Positions 11,795 to 22,218 of a DNA stretch of 64,000 nucleotides are shown here, piece after piece. The first letter of the stretch is position 1. Each line of letters opens with the position of its first letter. The stretch spans positions 35,836,001 through 35,900,000 of the forward strand of contig OZ076411.1 in assembly GCA_964187785.1 (NCBI GenBank), read 5' to 3'. Both the position numbers and the translations under genes were made by a program. Origin of the DNA: Amphiscolops sp. MND2022. Taxonomy: Eukaryota. The notes beneath the pieces were generated by a model. The model searched no databases. It saw nothing but the letters and a program-made list of their open reading frames with translations, and was not told the origin of the DNA.

Positions 11795-12815
11795 TTCCTT
11801 TTTCTCTTACTATAGAGAAGTAAATGAGCAATCTGTTCGAATCCCTACTCTCAGAAGTTAGGGTTAACTACCTATTTCTCTTAATCTTACTTCTGATTTT
11901 CTTTTTTCTCCTACTGCCCCAATATGTGGCTTCTTTAGTCTATATAAATTATAGAACTGCTAGTAAATACTCTAATAGAATCTCTCCAGCTTAACAGCCT
12001 TTGGAAAGACTGTACTCTACTCAACTTAGTCTTCTCAATCCACGAAAAGGTTAGCGCTGATCTACTTTTACGGAAATGCTAGACTACATTCGGTCCTAAA
12101 CAAGAATGAAACTGCTCTCTAAAATGGAATCCAAACTTACAGTTGGGAAGTTCACTTGAGTCCAGACGGACCCTGAGAAAAAGCCCGCCTAGGTCTCCTC
12201 GGAGGCTGATTGAAAGCCGTGAGCCCAGTAGGTGTCCTGGAACCTGTGTAGCATTCCAAGTGGGAAACCTAGAATTCTTAGAATTCTAGTGATAGTACCC
12301 TAGTGTTTGCATGATAGTGATCTTGGCCCTGCGCTACTTAATCCTGAGGACGAGAGTGACTCCCTCTGTTTGCTACTTATACTACTTCTACATGAGCCAC
12401 TAAAAGGCTAGACTATCAAATCGAAGACCTATTGGACCGACTGTACTCTTTCAAAATTTCCTTTTGGCTTAATTCGGAGGATTGGTATACCCCGAACTAC
12501 CCTTTTTACGGTAATCGTAACACAAGTGGGATTTGTAAGTATCCCCTAAAATTTTGAAATTTCAGTAATAAATACGGGGAATGTGCCTACCCTGGGCTGA
12601 GATGCGCTAATTTCATTTTTACTAGCAGCGAATTACGGAGTATATGTTTTGTCAGACCTGCCTAATAATTATCACTGTTAGAATCATTGTACAAACAATT
12701 TTTACTTCCGCTCTTTGTAGTTACTCTCAAAAACCAGGAGTATCATACCTCATAGAGTCTTTGGCTTATTTTTCCTTACTTCATCTTCTATCTTTTATAA
12801 CCTCAATAGCTCACA

Positions 12816-14270
12816 ATGGCTGCGCAAAATTACTTGGCTTACCCAGACCTAGGCCGAGACCAATTCACAGGAACAGACCCAGATCAAGATCCTGAACAAT
12901 TCATACAGCTCATTGAAAAGAAGTTCCGGTTTTCTCATGGTGATACCCCAGCCAACGGACCAGCACTTGATGACTACAACTTCAGAAGAAAATCCTATTT
13001 TGCTACACTATTAAGAGGACCCGCAGCAGAGTGGTTCGAGACCAGCATCACAGACGCTAACACTTGGGCAGAAATCAGAGAGAGGTTCATAACGCGATTC
13101 GCAGATGGCAGAAACAAGTTTAGACACAGAATGGAAGCCGAACACGTCATCAGACGAGATGGAGAGGAAATAAAGAACTTCCTACACAGAATTAAAATAG
13201 TAGTCGGAAAAGGATGGCCAGATGATCTAGCCGGAGTCGCACAGAACAATAGAGACGCTGAAAGAGCAGCACAAGATAGACAAAGAAGACAGAGGTGCAT
13301 TGACTACTCACTGAGAGGCCTTCGACCCCCGAAACTGAGGGAAAAGGCACACGAATACTTAATGGATCATCCGAATGCAACTTGGGAGCAGTTCTCTCAA
13401 GCTGTAATAAACAAAGACCTTTCTTACACAGTAACTACCTCTCTCACCGGTGGAGAATCACACGCAGACCCACTTATCCAAGAATTGCGAGAAGACATCA
13501 AAGGAATCAAGCTACAAATCAAGGAACAGACGAACAACACTATCAATGCGATAGAGAAAACTGTTGATCCGAACGCAACAGGACGAAGAATGGCCACCAG
13601 GTTTTGCAGCTACTGCCGAACAAATGGGCATACGCCTAACTGGTGCAGAAAGAAGATGAGAGATGAAGAAATCAAGAAAGTTCAAAATGAATCCAACCCA
13701 GAGAGACGAATAACTTTCACCAATGATTACAACAAAAGAACTGGACCTGGACATGGTTCTAGATTCCAAACAAGACTACCCGATTCAGAAATCAGAAAAC
13801 ATATGGCTGTGGCACATCAACTAGCACTTGCTGGAGCCATGCAGTCAAACCCTGCCCGGAACCAATATGATATACCACAAAGAAGAAATTTCAACCCAGA
13901 ACGCCGACCTATGAATACAAGATTCAGTCCTGGTAACCAAAGATTTTCACAAGAAGGAAGAAGACCTTTTCTAAACAATTCTAACAATTCCAGAAGTGTT
14001 TCTCCTGGACCCCAAAGAGCAAGATCTCCGTTCAGCTTCAACAGAGACCAGCCTAGCTCTTTCAATCGCAACATACAACCTCTCCCACCAAGGAATAACT
14101 CCGTCTTTCAGAGACCGCAAAACAGAAACGAAAGACCTAACACCCCCACGCAGACTTATGAACAAAGATTCCCCAAAACAAACGACATGGGAAGGTCCAA
14201 CACAGTACAATTCCTTGAAACTGACTACTCTGTGAACTCGGTAGCCGACTTTCGCCCTTTAAACTACTAA
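12816..14270 (+). CDS. gag: Gag, 484 aa
   Basis: Retrotransposon-gag-like N-terminal region (LRGPAAEWF...W.EIRERFITRF), CCHC-like knuckle CSYCRTNGHTPNWC, R/N/P-rich tail. Confidence 0.93.
   Translation: MAAQNYLAYPDLGRDQFTGTDPDQDPEQFIQLIEKKFRFSHGDTPANGPALDDYNFRRKSYFATLLRGPAAEWFETSITDANTWAEIRERFITRFADGRNKFRHRMEAEHVIRRDGEEIKNFLHRIKIVVGKGWPDDLAGVAQNNRDAERAAQDRQRRQRCIDYSLRGLRPPKLREKAHEYLMDHPNATWEQFSQAVINKDLSYTVTTSLTGGESHADPLIQELREDIKGIKLQIKEQTNNTINAIEKTVDPNATGRRMATRFCSYCRTNGHTPNWCRKKMRDEEIKKVQNESNPERRITFTNDYNKRTGPGHGSRFQTRLPDSEIRKHMAVAHQLALAGAMQSNPARNQYDIPQRRNFNPERRPMNTRFSPGNQRFSQEGRRPFLNNSNNSRSVSPGPQRARSPFSFNRDQPSSFNRNIQPLPPRNNSVFQRPQNRNERPNTPTQTYEQRFPKTNDMGRSNTVQFLETDYSVNSVADFRPLNY
14258..14264 (+). 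promoter_or_regulatory. -1 ribosomal frameshift slippery site T TTA AAC
   Basis: Correctly phased in the gag frame two codons before the gag stop; the -1 frame is open from here into LLDTGA of pol. Confidence 0.85.
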
Positions 14271-14380
14271 GGTCTCCGAAAAACAAAAACAGCAGCAGTG
14301 CCCCGCTAAAATTTAGTCTTAACCTTTATTATTTCGCTGCCGGAGACTCACAAAAAGATAGTGGCTTAGAAATTGAATTT

Positions 14381-17300
14381 TTGCTTGACACTGGGGCGAC
14401 ATCCTCAATTATCAACTACAGAACCTTCAGAGAACTTTGTCAATTTCAACAAGACCTCGAACTCAACAGGAGCAACAACACAACTCGGAACTACTCTGGT
14501 CAAATCATCCCTATGATGGGATACATTTCGCTAAGTCTCTACTATGACTCCGATGGACAGCACAATTTCCCACTGACAGTTTGGATCACGGAGATGAAAA
14601 CGCAAAACCTGCTTGGAATGAACTTCTGCCAAGAGCAAGTCAACAAAATACATTTCGACCTTCCCGGCATAGAACTGAAAAGGCCTTTAAATACTTTCTG
14701 CTACGGAAGTCTTCAATTAAACAAAATTTACCCCTATGTATCACAAATCTTAACAGTCAAAATTCCTCACTCAATGTATATTGAACCAAAGACGACAAGA
14801 TGCTACAAGTTCGCTCCCGAAAACACGAAAAACTCCTTCCCCCCCGGATCCACGTTCCTACCCAATCGAAAAGCAGTCTCCACTGGACTCAATTTTATTA
14901 ACGTCCTATGTACGAGGTTCGAAAAGACTTTGCCAATCGTCATGGAAAACAACAAAAATCATACTATCACCTTGGTAAAGGGAACAATTGGATACTCAAT
15001 GCTCGACGTCTTGGACCAAGAAATCCCAAAATATCAGATTAGAAACCCTACAGAACTCGCCTATACCATTTTGAACGAAAATGAAGAATACAACGACTGT
15101 TTTCTACTACACTCAACTATACCCTCACAAGACTTGAGCGATTGCCTCAGGATAGAAGGAGGAAATTCAAAGACAATACTCAACAGGCCCGATCCAATCA
15201 TCATCTTTGTCCCTGCGGACCTGAAACCAAATAAGGGTTTTTCTAAAGAAATTCTAACTAACATACCCTCACTAAAGAACACTTGCTCTAAGCAAAGACC
15301 ACAGAAGGGAGAAACCATACCTTATTGGGACGAGACTTTGAAAAGATTCATTTATGTCCTAATCACAAAAACTAAAGCAAAAGACAAAATTGACCCACAA
15401 ATGCTGGTCCAATCCTTGGAAACGCTAAAGGCACATGCCAAAATGCACGGTATCAAGACGATCTCTATGTTACGAGAAGCCTCGGAATTAGAAGATTTCC
15501 AATGGCAAGATGTCACACACTTGATACAAGACGTTTTTGCCTATTCCGAAATACAACTACGAATCTTCACCAGAAACGAGCTAGACGTTTTCGCTATGAC
15601 CACAAGAGGAGACCCAGAATATGCGGTAGAAGACGAGATACAACAATTCTCAGAACAATTCCACCTCAAACACAGAGAGCTAGAAACAGATTTCACCAGC
15701 GATGCAAAGTCCTGCCAACCAACATGTGACGAACAATTCAAAATTTTCAGACCTAAAGAAGAAAATGAACGACTAATCGAATACTACCTACAATATCAGA
15801 ACAAGGAAGCAGTAAAATACATCAAGGAATTCGACTTTCGGTACTCCGACCTAACAGACGAAGAACTTGTCCTCCTGATAGACTTACTAATGGAAGCAAG
15901 AGATGTATACTCACAACATAAATTTGACGTTGGGAAAACCAAACAAAAATTTAATATTAAACTGGAACCCGGAGCAATACTAAAACGACAAAGACCCAGT
16001 AAAGTACCCTTACACTTAAGGGAAAGACTGGAGAAACTACTAACACAGCTTAAAGATGCAGATATCATCAGAGAAATGGGTGACGATGACGAAATGGGAT
16101 CTCTATTCGTGAATCCAATTATCTTACAACCCAAACACGATTATGTTAAACTGATCATAGACGCACGATATCTAAACTCGATTACTGATCTGACAAACTA
16201 CTCTTGGCCCTTAGAGCCCATCCAAACCATAATGACACTCATAAATGGATCAATCTTTTCTGTGAGTGATCTCTCATGCGCTTTTCACCAAGTACCACTA
16301 GACGAGCCTACACAGAAACTTACCAGCTTCATCATTGGCGGAAAACAATACACTTTCACCAGAGGATTCTATGGACTTAAAGGATTACCCAGCTTCTTCA
16401 GTCGTATGATGACAATCCACTTCGAACCCCTCATCAAGAAGAAACAAGCGATTACATACATCGACGATACGCTGATGCAAGCCAAAAGCAAACAAGAAAT
16501 GTTCACAGTAATCCAAGAATACCACAATTTACTACGAAAAGCCGGACTCAAAGCAGCACCCGACAAAACGCTTTTCTTCTTGAGGAAAGTCAAATTTCTT
16601 GGACACGTAATAACAGCAGAAGGAATACAACCAGTGGCAAAACGTGTTAAGGACCTCCATAATCTCAAATCACCAAAGACAAAAACCGAAGTCAAAAGTT
16701 TCCTTGGAGCACTCGGATTCTACAGCTGCTATATTAAAAATCTCCATGTTGATAGCAGACCATTTTACGAACTCACAAAGAAAGACACGAACTTCTGCTG
16801 GAATCAAGAACACGAAGACCTCTTCCAGGAAATAAAGAAACGAATCAGCGAAGACACAGTACTGGCAGTACCCTCAACGAAGTACCCCTTTCATATACAC
16901 GTCGATTCCTCTAACGTAGGGACAGGATGCATACTAATACAACAATTTCCCGAAGGGAAACGAATTATCTCCTTCAATTCACGAGTTTTTGCCAAAGAAG
17001 AACAAAAAATGTCAACCCTACATAGAGAACTGTGTGGCATCGTCTCCGCCCTTCAAACGTACGAACATTACATCATTGGATCCCCTTTCCCAATTTATCT
17101 ATACTGTGACCACAAACCCATTCTTTATCTTTGGGGACGAAAAGGACAAATCTCACCGCGATTCTTCAGGTATCAAGTAATTATATCCAAATTTCCAAAC
17201 CTGAGGATCATATGGACACCAGGAAGTAACTTAGCCTTCCCAGATATACTCAGTCGGAATGTCTCAATTGAAGAACATAAGACACATCAACTCAGCCACA

Positions 17301-19774
17301 AGATCCTACCAAATGACATACAATTCTTCGACGAACATGGAACACCGGTGCACTACAAGATAAAACATGAAGAAAATGAAGAAACTTCTAAGAACGACTT
17401 TTACCCTATTTTGTACGAGAAAGGAAACGAACGAAAAATCTTACATTTACAAAACGATGGAAATGACTTTACGGTCAACAACCTTTACGAAGAACCTGAT
17501 CTAACGAACATCGAATCTGCACAGGACTGTTTCGAGGCGGGGAAGACACTTGAAAAATACGAAGAACTACGAACCAGATCCGGCACACAAAACAGCACAC
17601 CCGATTTATCACAAAATACTTACAGTTCTCTCAACAGCGACACAGACGACGAAGCTCCCACGAAAAAAGAACCACAAGAAGTCAATGAAACCAACTACGA
17701 GATTAATACCGAAATCCTCTCAGAACCTGAAGAAGATACCCCCGAAACAGGCCAGGTAGTCAAAAACTTCAAAATCTCAGAAGCAATACCCCCAATACAA
17801 GAAAAATCAAAGAATCCAGCCCGCGATCTCGTCAACAAACTTGATAAACTATCCAAAGAAGTAGATCTCAACGTCACAACAATCTTACAAGAACAAATAA
17901 ACGACCCCGTGCTCAGGGTAGTCCGACAATGGGTGAGAACAGGAAACAAGCCTGCGCCAAAATCCCCAGAGCTACAGCACTCTAAAGGTCTTATGCGATA
18001 CTTCCAAGAGTTTGATAGACTAACAATAGAAGAGCCTGGAAACCTCCTTTGTTATAACGAACCTACAGATAGCCCTGAAGACGAAAATCTACGAATATGC
18101 TTACCTCTCTCTCTATTTCTTGCCTGTTTTCGAATGGGACATTACAATGACCTCGGAGGTCACATGGGAGCGGAAAAAACCTTCTTGAACGCCAAAAGAT
18201 TTTACTACTGGCCAGGGATGCACGACTGGATCTGCGCACTCACACAAGATTGTGTCAGCTGCCAGTCTAACAAATCCAAACAACGAAGAAACAACGAGGT
18301 CCCCCTAGAAGATTGCGAAACTGAAACTCAAGTATTCAGAACAATCCACATAGACCACAAAGGACCACTCAACCCTCCTAGTCGTGGAAACTCACATTGC
18401 CTCCTTATTATCGACGCCTTCTCACGCTACTTGATGGCATACCCTGTTAGGGACACAGGGGCACAATCGACAATCAACGCGATGGAAAAATGGATTATGC
18501 ACTACGGCATCCCGCAATCCATCATACATGACAGAGGAACAGCTTTTATGAACACGGAATTTGTCAATTGGACTAAAGAATTTGGCATCACCCTTAGACC
18601 AAGGACAGCACATTCACCTTGGACAAATGGCAAAGTAGAAACCCAAAATCAGCACATTGCACGATACTGGAGAAATTTCCTCAACGAATCTGGAAACAAT
18701 TGGGCTTTACTAGCAGCAAAATTTGCATTTGCTCATAACACCAGTGTCAACTATACCACTGGAAAGACACCATACGAAATAGTCTTCTGCAATAAACCAC
18801 AGATACCTATGAGCCTGAAGTTGGGTCTATACCGTAATAAAAATAAGAATTGCAGATCACAGTTCTGCAACGGACTGCCTCCTCACTGCCACAGCGAAAA
18901 CCAAGTTAAAAACGAACTGCTGAATGGACTATTAAGACCTCAACTATCTCAAAACCTGCTTGAAAGAGAGACCGCCTTCAAGAAAATCTATTCGTCCACT
19001 TACGAAAAATGCAGAAAACAAACAGCTCGATCTCATGCCTACAGAAACAGATTTAAACTAGGCAGCCATCTCAACATCGGACAAAAGGTTTTGTTAGAAA
19101 ACCATCGGAAAGACCTCTCCAAAAGTCAAAAACTTCAACAACTGCGATTAGGACCGTTTACGGTTACCAAGAGAATCACCAACACAACATACCAAATAAA
19201 AGACGATCAGAACCCCAAAAATCTCCGAACTGTCCATAGAAATCATTTAATAGAATACTTTCCCAAAGAGGAAACACTCCCCCCTCTTATAGAAGAATAC
19301 ACAACCCCCTACCGTGGAGACACGGATTTCTATAACAATTTTGTCAAAGGAAGAATAGAACGACTTAATGTTTCAGAACCACAGATACTCGGGGATCTCT
19401 GCATTTTACCAGTCCGAAACCAACAAAGACAGACCACCGCACAAAAACGAGTGAGAACTCCCCAGAGCACCGACTCTGGTATTATTTCCCCAGAAAATCA
19501 CCGGTTGGGAACACCAACAACTCCGGATCAGCCTACTACATCCCGTCCTCCTGGTTCAACTACTCCTATCCAAACACTGACGCAACAAATAACACCCGAA
19601 CCCTTGACTACCACACCGGCTACTTCGACCAAATCTTTGACACCCCTACAAGAACTCAGGCGAGCGGTTGCAAGTCACGTCGAAAGAAATCCCCGCTATC
19701 AGCGAGCACAACCCAACCAACCAGCACCACTGTCCATCCTTCGGCAAAAAACTCGAGTAGGCTACAAAGCCTAA
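14381..19774 (+). CDS. pol: Pol: protease, dUTPase-like spacer, macrodomain, RT, RNase H, integrase (translated as Gag-Pol from ~14260)
   Basis: LDTGA; RT LIIDARYLN, FHQVPL, FYGLKG, YIDD; RNase H VDSS, ELCGIV, CDHKP; integrase H..H/CVSC, IDHKGP, HDRGTAF, NGKVE; GPF motif. Confidence 0.97.
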   Translation: MLDTGATSSIINYRTFRELCQFQQDLELNRSNNTTRNYSGQIIPMMGYISLSLYYDSDGQHNFPLTVWITEMKTQNLLGMNFCQEQVNKIHFDLPGIELKRPLNTFCYGSLQLNKIYPYVSQILTVKIPHSMYIEPKTTRCYKFAPENTKNSFPPGSTFLPNRKAVSTGLNFINVLCTRFEKTLPIVMENNKNHTITLVKGTIGYSMLDVLDQEIPKYQIRNPTELAYTILNENEEYNDCFLLHSTIPSQDLSDCLRIEGGNSKTILNRPDPIIIFVPADLKPNKGFSKEILTNIPSLKNTCSKQRPQKGETIPYWDETLKRFIYVLITKTKAKDKIDPQMLVQSLETLKAHAKMHGIKTISMLREASELEDFQWQDVTHLIQDVFAYSEIQLRIFTRNELDVFAMTTRGDPEYAVEDEIQQFSEQFHLKHRELETDFTSDAKSCQPTCDEQFKIFRPKEENERLIEYYLQYQNKEAVKYIKEFDFRYSDLTDEELVLLIDLLMEARDVYSQHKFDVGKTKQKFNIKLEPGAILKRQRPSKVPLHLRERLEKLLTQLKDADIIREMGDDDEMGSLFVNPIILQPKHDYVKLIIDARYLNSITDLTNYSWPLEPIQTIMTLINGSIFSVSDLSCAFHQVPLDEPTQKLTSFIIGGKQYTFTRGFYGLKGLPSFFSRMMTIHFEPLIKKKQAITYIDDTLMQAKSKQEMFTVIQEYHNLLRKAGLKAAPDKTLFFLRKVKFLGHVITAEGIQPVAKRVKDLHNLKSPKTKTEVKSFLGALGFYSCYIKNLHVDSRPFYELTKKDTNFCWNQEHEDLFQEIKKRISEDTVLAVPSTKYPFHIHVDSSNVGTGCILIQQFPEGKRIISFNSRVFAKEEQKMSTLHRELCGIVSALQTYEHYIIGSPFPIYLYCDHKPILYLWGRKGQISPRFFRYQVIISKFPNLRIIWTPGSNLAFPDILSRNVSIEEHKTHQLSHKILPNDIQFFDEHGTPVHYKIKHEENEETSKNDFYPILYEKGNERKILHLQNDGNDFTVNNLYEEPDLTNIESAQDCFEAGKTLEKYEELRTRSGTQNSTPDLSQNTYSSLNSDTDDEAPTKKEPQEVNETNYEINTEILSEPEEDTPETGQVVKNFKISEAIPPIQEKSKNPARDLVNKLDKLSKEVDLNVTTILQEQINDPVLRVVRQWVRTGNKPAPKSPELQHSKGLMRYFQEFDRLTIEEPGNLLCYNEPTDSPEDENLRICLPLSLFLACFRMGHYNDLGGHMGAEKTFLNAKRFYYWPGMHDWICALTQDCVSCQSNKSKQRRNNEVPLEDCETETQVFRTIHIDHKGPLNPPSRGNSHCLLIIDAFSRYLMAYPVRDTGAQSTINAMEKWIMHYGIPQSIIHDRGTAFMNTEFVNWTKEFGITLRPRTAHSPWTNGKVETQNQHIARYWRNFLNESGNNWALLAAKFAFAHNTSVNYTTGKTPYEIVFCNKPQIPMSLKLGLYRNKNKNCRSQFCNGLPPHCHSENQVKNELLNGLLRPQLSQNLLERETAFKKIYSSTYEKCRKQTARSHAYRNRFKLGSHLNIGQKVLLENHRKDLSKSQKLQQLRLGPFTVTKRITNTTYQIKDDQNPKNLRTVHRNHLIEYFPKEETLPPLIEEYTTPYRGDTDFYNNFVKGRIERLNVSEPQILGDLCILPVRNQQRQTTAQKRVRTPQSTDSGIISPENHRLGTPTTPDQPTTSRPPGSTTPIQTLTQQITPEPLTTTPATSTKSLTPLQELRRAVASHVERNPRYQRAQPNQPAPLSILRQKTRVGYKA
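15188..15568 (+). other. TARG1/OARD1 (Poa1p-like) macrodomain embedded in Pol between PR and RT
   Basis: RFIYVLITKTKAKDKIDPQMLVQSLETLKAHAKMHGIKTISMLRE...FQWQDVTHLIQDVF..SEIQLRIF aligns by eye with TARG1 [45 protein letters not shown]...LQWENVSAMIEEVF..TDIKITV. Confidence 0.85.
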
Positions 19775-19782
19775 TCTGCATC

Positions 19783-20169
19783 ATGCCTTGTCATAAAGTT
19801 TACCTAAACCTACCATGGCAAGTTCCACGAGAACTCCAATCTTTAAACGTTCTACACGTTACAATCACAAAAATCTACTGGACCTACACAAACAAACTAG
19901 TTAGAATTTGCTTCTACTCCAACGACCCAGACCCGAGCCCCCACAAACAACCTACGCCCCGAAAATCAAATCTTCATGTTCACCCAGAATCAAAAACGTT
20001 TGCTCAACTATATCAACACCTAGCATACCATGCAGTCAACCATCACGACCCTATCCTAGAAGAACTCTTATCCTACATGCCTACCCTAATTCCTGACCTA
20101 CAACCTTCACCACCTAATACTCAGAAGGACCTATTCTGCTGCTCTACTATTTACTCACCTAGCTCCTAG
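19783..20169 (+). CDS. Accessory small protein A (128 aa), unknown function
   Basis: ATG 8 nt after the pol stop; shares a motif pattern with the ORFs at 21223-22173. Confidence 0.65.
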   Translation: MPCHKVYLNLPWQVPRELQSLNVLHVTITKIYWTYTNKLVRICFYSNDPDPSPHKQPTPRKSNLHVHPESKTFAQLYQHLAYHAVNHHDPILEELLSYMPTLIPDLQPSPPNTQKDLFCCSTIYSPSS

Positions 20170-20326
20170 CCGGCACATTTAACCTATTAACGATGTATTA
20201 CCATTAATTTACTTTACTTTAGTTTATCGATATTTTTTGTGCAATCCCGAACATGACTTACGAAAAGCCACAAACACAGAAGCATAGAAAAATAGTAATT
20301 TCCTGGAGATGAGAGGCGATGTACGC

Positions 20327-20977
20327 CTACTCAATCTCCAGGAACCCTCCTCGCTCCGCCAAGCGCCGCAGCTGAGCCGCCCGCTCTCCCATGGTCCACA
20401 AAGAATACAGACGGGACCACTGTCCCCTCTCGAAACTGGTCAGTTGCGAAAAGCCGTTTATGTAGGCTCGCAACTGGAAAATTATGATTTCACCAAGAGG
20501 GGACAATAGGGTCTGCTCCCAACGGGCCCCCAGGTTAGCCCGCATGAAACTAAATAATGAATTGGGACCGGGAGGCCCCGAGACAGAGAACCCTGGAGTC
20601 CCCCGAAGAGAACTGGTTAGAGACGCCCAGTTTTCCAGGCGGTTCACGTCTCGGCGGGTATAGAGCCCCATAAAGCTCTGCTCAGCCGGGTTCTCCAGCT
20701 CTCCCCGGGCAATAGTAGCAGGCGCTTGAGGCACAATACTGTCAGTCCTCGGGGCCACAACCGCCACGAACGACCCACCACTAGAGGACGGACCTGCTGA
20801 AGAAGCAGGGGACACAGAACTAACAGCAGTAGAGGACGGACCAGCTGCAGAAGAACTAGAAGATACAGTTGTCGGGCCATTCCCCGACTCTTCGTCGGTC
20901 GAGGACTCCTCGTAGTAGTCCGAAAAGTTCTGATTGTTGCTCATTCTAAACACAACATTGTGCTTATCAAAAGTCAT
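20327..20977 (-). CDS. Antisense accessory ORF (216 aa): acidic, Ser-rich N-half and globular-looking C-half
   Basis: ATG-initiated 651-bp ORF; no long sense-strand ORF overlaps it; local composition differs from the A/C-rich sense genes. Confidence 0.6.
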   Translation of the reverse strand: MTFDKHNVVFRMSNNQNFSDYYEESSTDEESGNGPTTVSSSSSAAGPSSTAVSSVSPASSAGPSSSGGSFVAVVAPRTDSIVPQAPATIARGELENPAEQSFMGLYTRRDVNRLENWASLTSSLRGTPGFSVSGPPGPNSLFSFMRANLGARWEQTLLSPLGEIIIFQLRAYINGFSQLTSFERGQWSRLYSLWTMGERAAQLRRLAERGGFLEIE

Positions 20978-21222
20978 GTAAACCTATATAAATACCTAGT
21001 AATAGAAATTTATAACACCTATTTATTTAATCATATACCTCACTATCACACAATACAGACCAATGTCGATTCTTTACTTTTCTGCATGCAACCATGTGCC
21101 CCAAAAAGGGTCGTGTTCATATGTTTCAAATACATAAATTCCCAAAGGCAATGAAATAACTGATGATTCCATTCTCAGATTTGCTATGTTTGAACAACAG
21201 TGAACACTGAAGTATCTCACAG

Positions 21223-21444
21223 ATGATCATAATCTTCAAAATTGACAACCGTCTTTCACAAATCACCGATATCCAGAAGGAACCCTCAACGCAAAACATC
21301 ATCATACAAGCATACGCAATAGCTGAAGAAGAAAGTGAAACCTACACTTGTGTGCCAGCATCACCCATCTACCCTCTACTGGAGAGCTTGCTATATAACA
21401 ACACCCCTACTGAAGTCTTCACTAGAGCCAAGTCAGTCATTTAA
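21223..21444 (+). CDS. Accessory small protein B (73 aa)
   Basis: ATG directly after ctcacag; stop overlaps the next start (TAATG). Confidence 0.55.
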   Translation: MIIIFKIDNRLSQITDIQKEPSTQNIIIQAYAIAEEESETYTCVPASPIYPLLESLLYNNTPTEVFTRAKSVI

Positions 21445-21839
21445 TGTCCTCTCCCGGAGTCGCCGTGTTCCGCGGAAATAATTACTACTTCCACACACAG
21501 TTTCAACCTCCTGTTCCTTGGACCCCCATACAACTCAAGGGCCAATACGAAATACAGTCAATCTTCTACGAGATCACTACCTCTGCAATTCAAGTGCGTA
21601 TACTCACACCAGAAGACAAAGAAGCTCTAGTCCTCTTCCCTATTCACTTCGGCTCCAAGGAATACGCTTACTTATTCCTATCGTTCAAGCAATATATACT
21701 CCAACACCCTGCAGTCCTCAAAGACAAGGCTTTCGACGACTTGGTTTACTTTATGGACATCACTCTCACCTCCAACCCCTTTGAAGAAGAAGTTAGAATC
21801 AAATACCTTCACAGCCTAGTCGACACTTATGATGTTTAA
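21444..21839 (+). CDS. Accessory small protein C (131 aa)
   Basis: TAATG-coupled to B, overlaps D by 11 nt; element-typical codon bias. Confidence 0.7.
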   Translation: MSSPGVAVFRGNNYYFHTQFQPPVPWTPIQLKGQYEIQSIFYEITTSAIQVRILTPEDKEALVLFPIHFGSKEYAYLFLSFKQYILQHPAVLKDKAFDDLVYFMDITLTSNPFEEEVRIKYLHSLVDTYDV

Positions 21840-22173
21840 GATTCAGCTCAAGTTTCTCTGGCGCCACCCTGAAACAAATACACTTCTCGAAATTCTCTCT
21901 ATCGCTTGGAAAGAAAACGCACCTTCACTACAAATCGAACTCCATAGCCTCCGACCACAAAACCCAGGACATTGGCTCATCCCAGTTGACACCAACTCCC
22001 AAGAGGCTACTGATCTCTCACTCGCACTAAAGGAATATAGGCAAATTGCCTATCTCGACCACATCCACCCTCTAACACTGTTCCTCCTCAACAAGCTCAT
22101 TGACTTCCTCGAATTGAGACGACGAAACAAAACCTCTCCCAGTCTACAATCAATCCGTGACAACTACAATTGA
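21829..22173 (+). CDS. Accessory small protein D (114 aa)
   Basis: Start overlaps the end of C; shares the A/B/C motif pattern. Confidence 0.7.
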   Translation: MMFKIQLKFLWRHPETNTLLEILSIAWKENAPSLQIELHSLRPQNPGHWLIPVDTNSQEATDLSLALKEYRQIAYLDHIHPLTLFLLNKLIDFLELRRRNKTSPSLQSIRDNYN

Positions 22174-22218
22174 ACTTTCAGCAATGGTTGAAGTTAGTCT
22201 CTTTTAACTTCCTATTTT

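Noticed and set aside
14720-15030. Active dUTPase in element 2 Pol (similar spacers in elements 4 and 5)
   Set aside because: Beta-rich spacer in the expected position, but the five dUTPase motifs are not recognisable; at most a degenerate fold.
19300-19774. Chromodomain at the Pol C-terminus
   Set aside because: The tail is P/T/Q-rich and disordered-looking, with no aromatic-cage or YLVKW-type motif.
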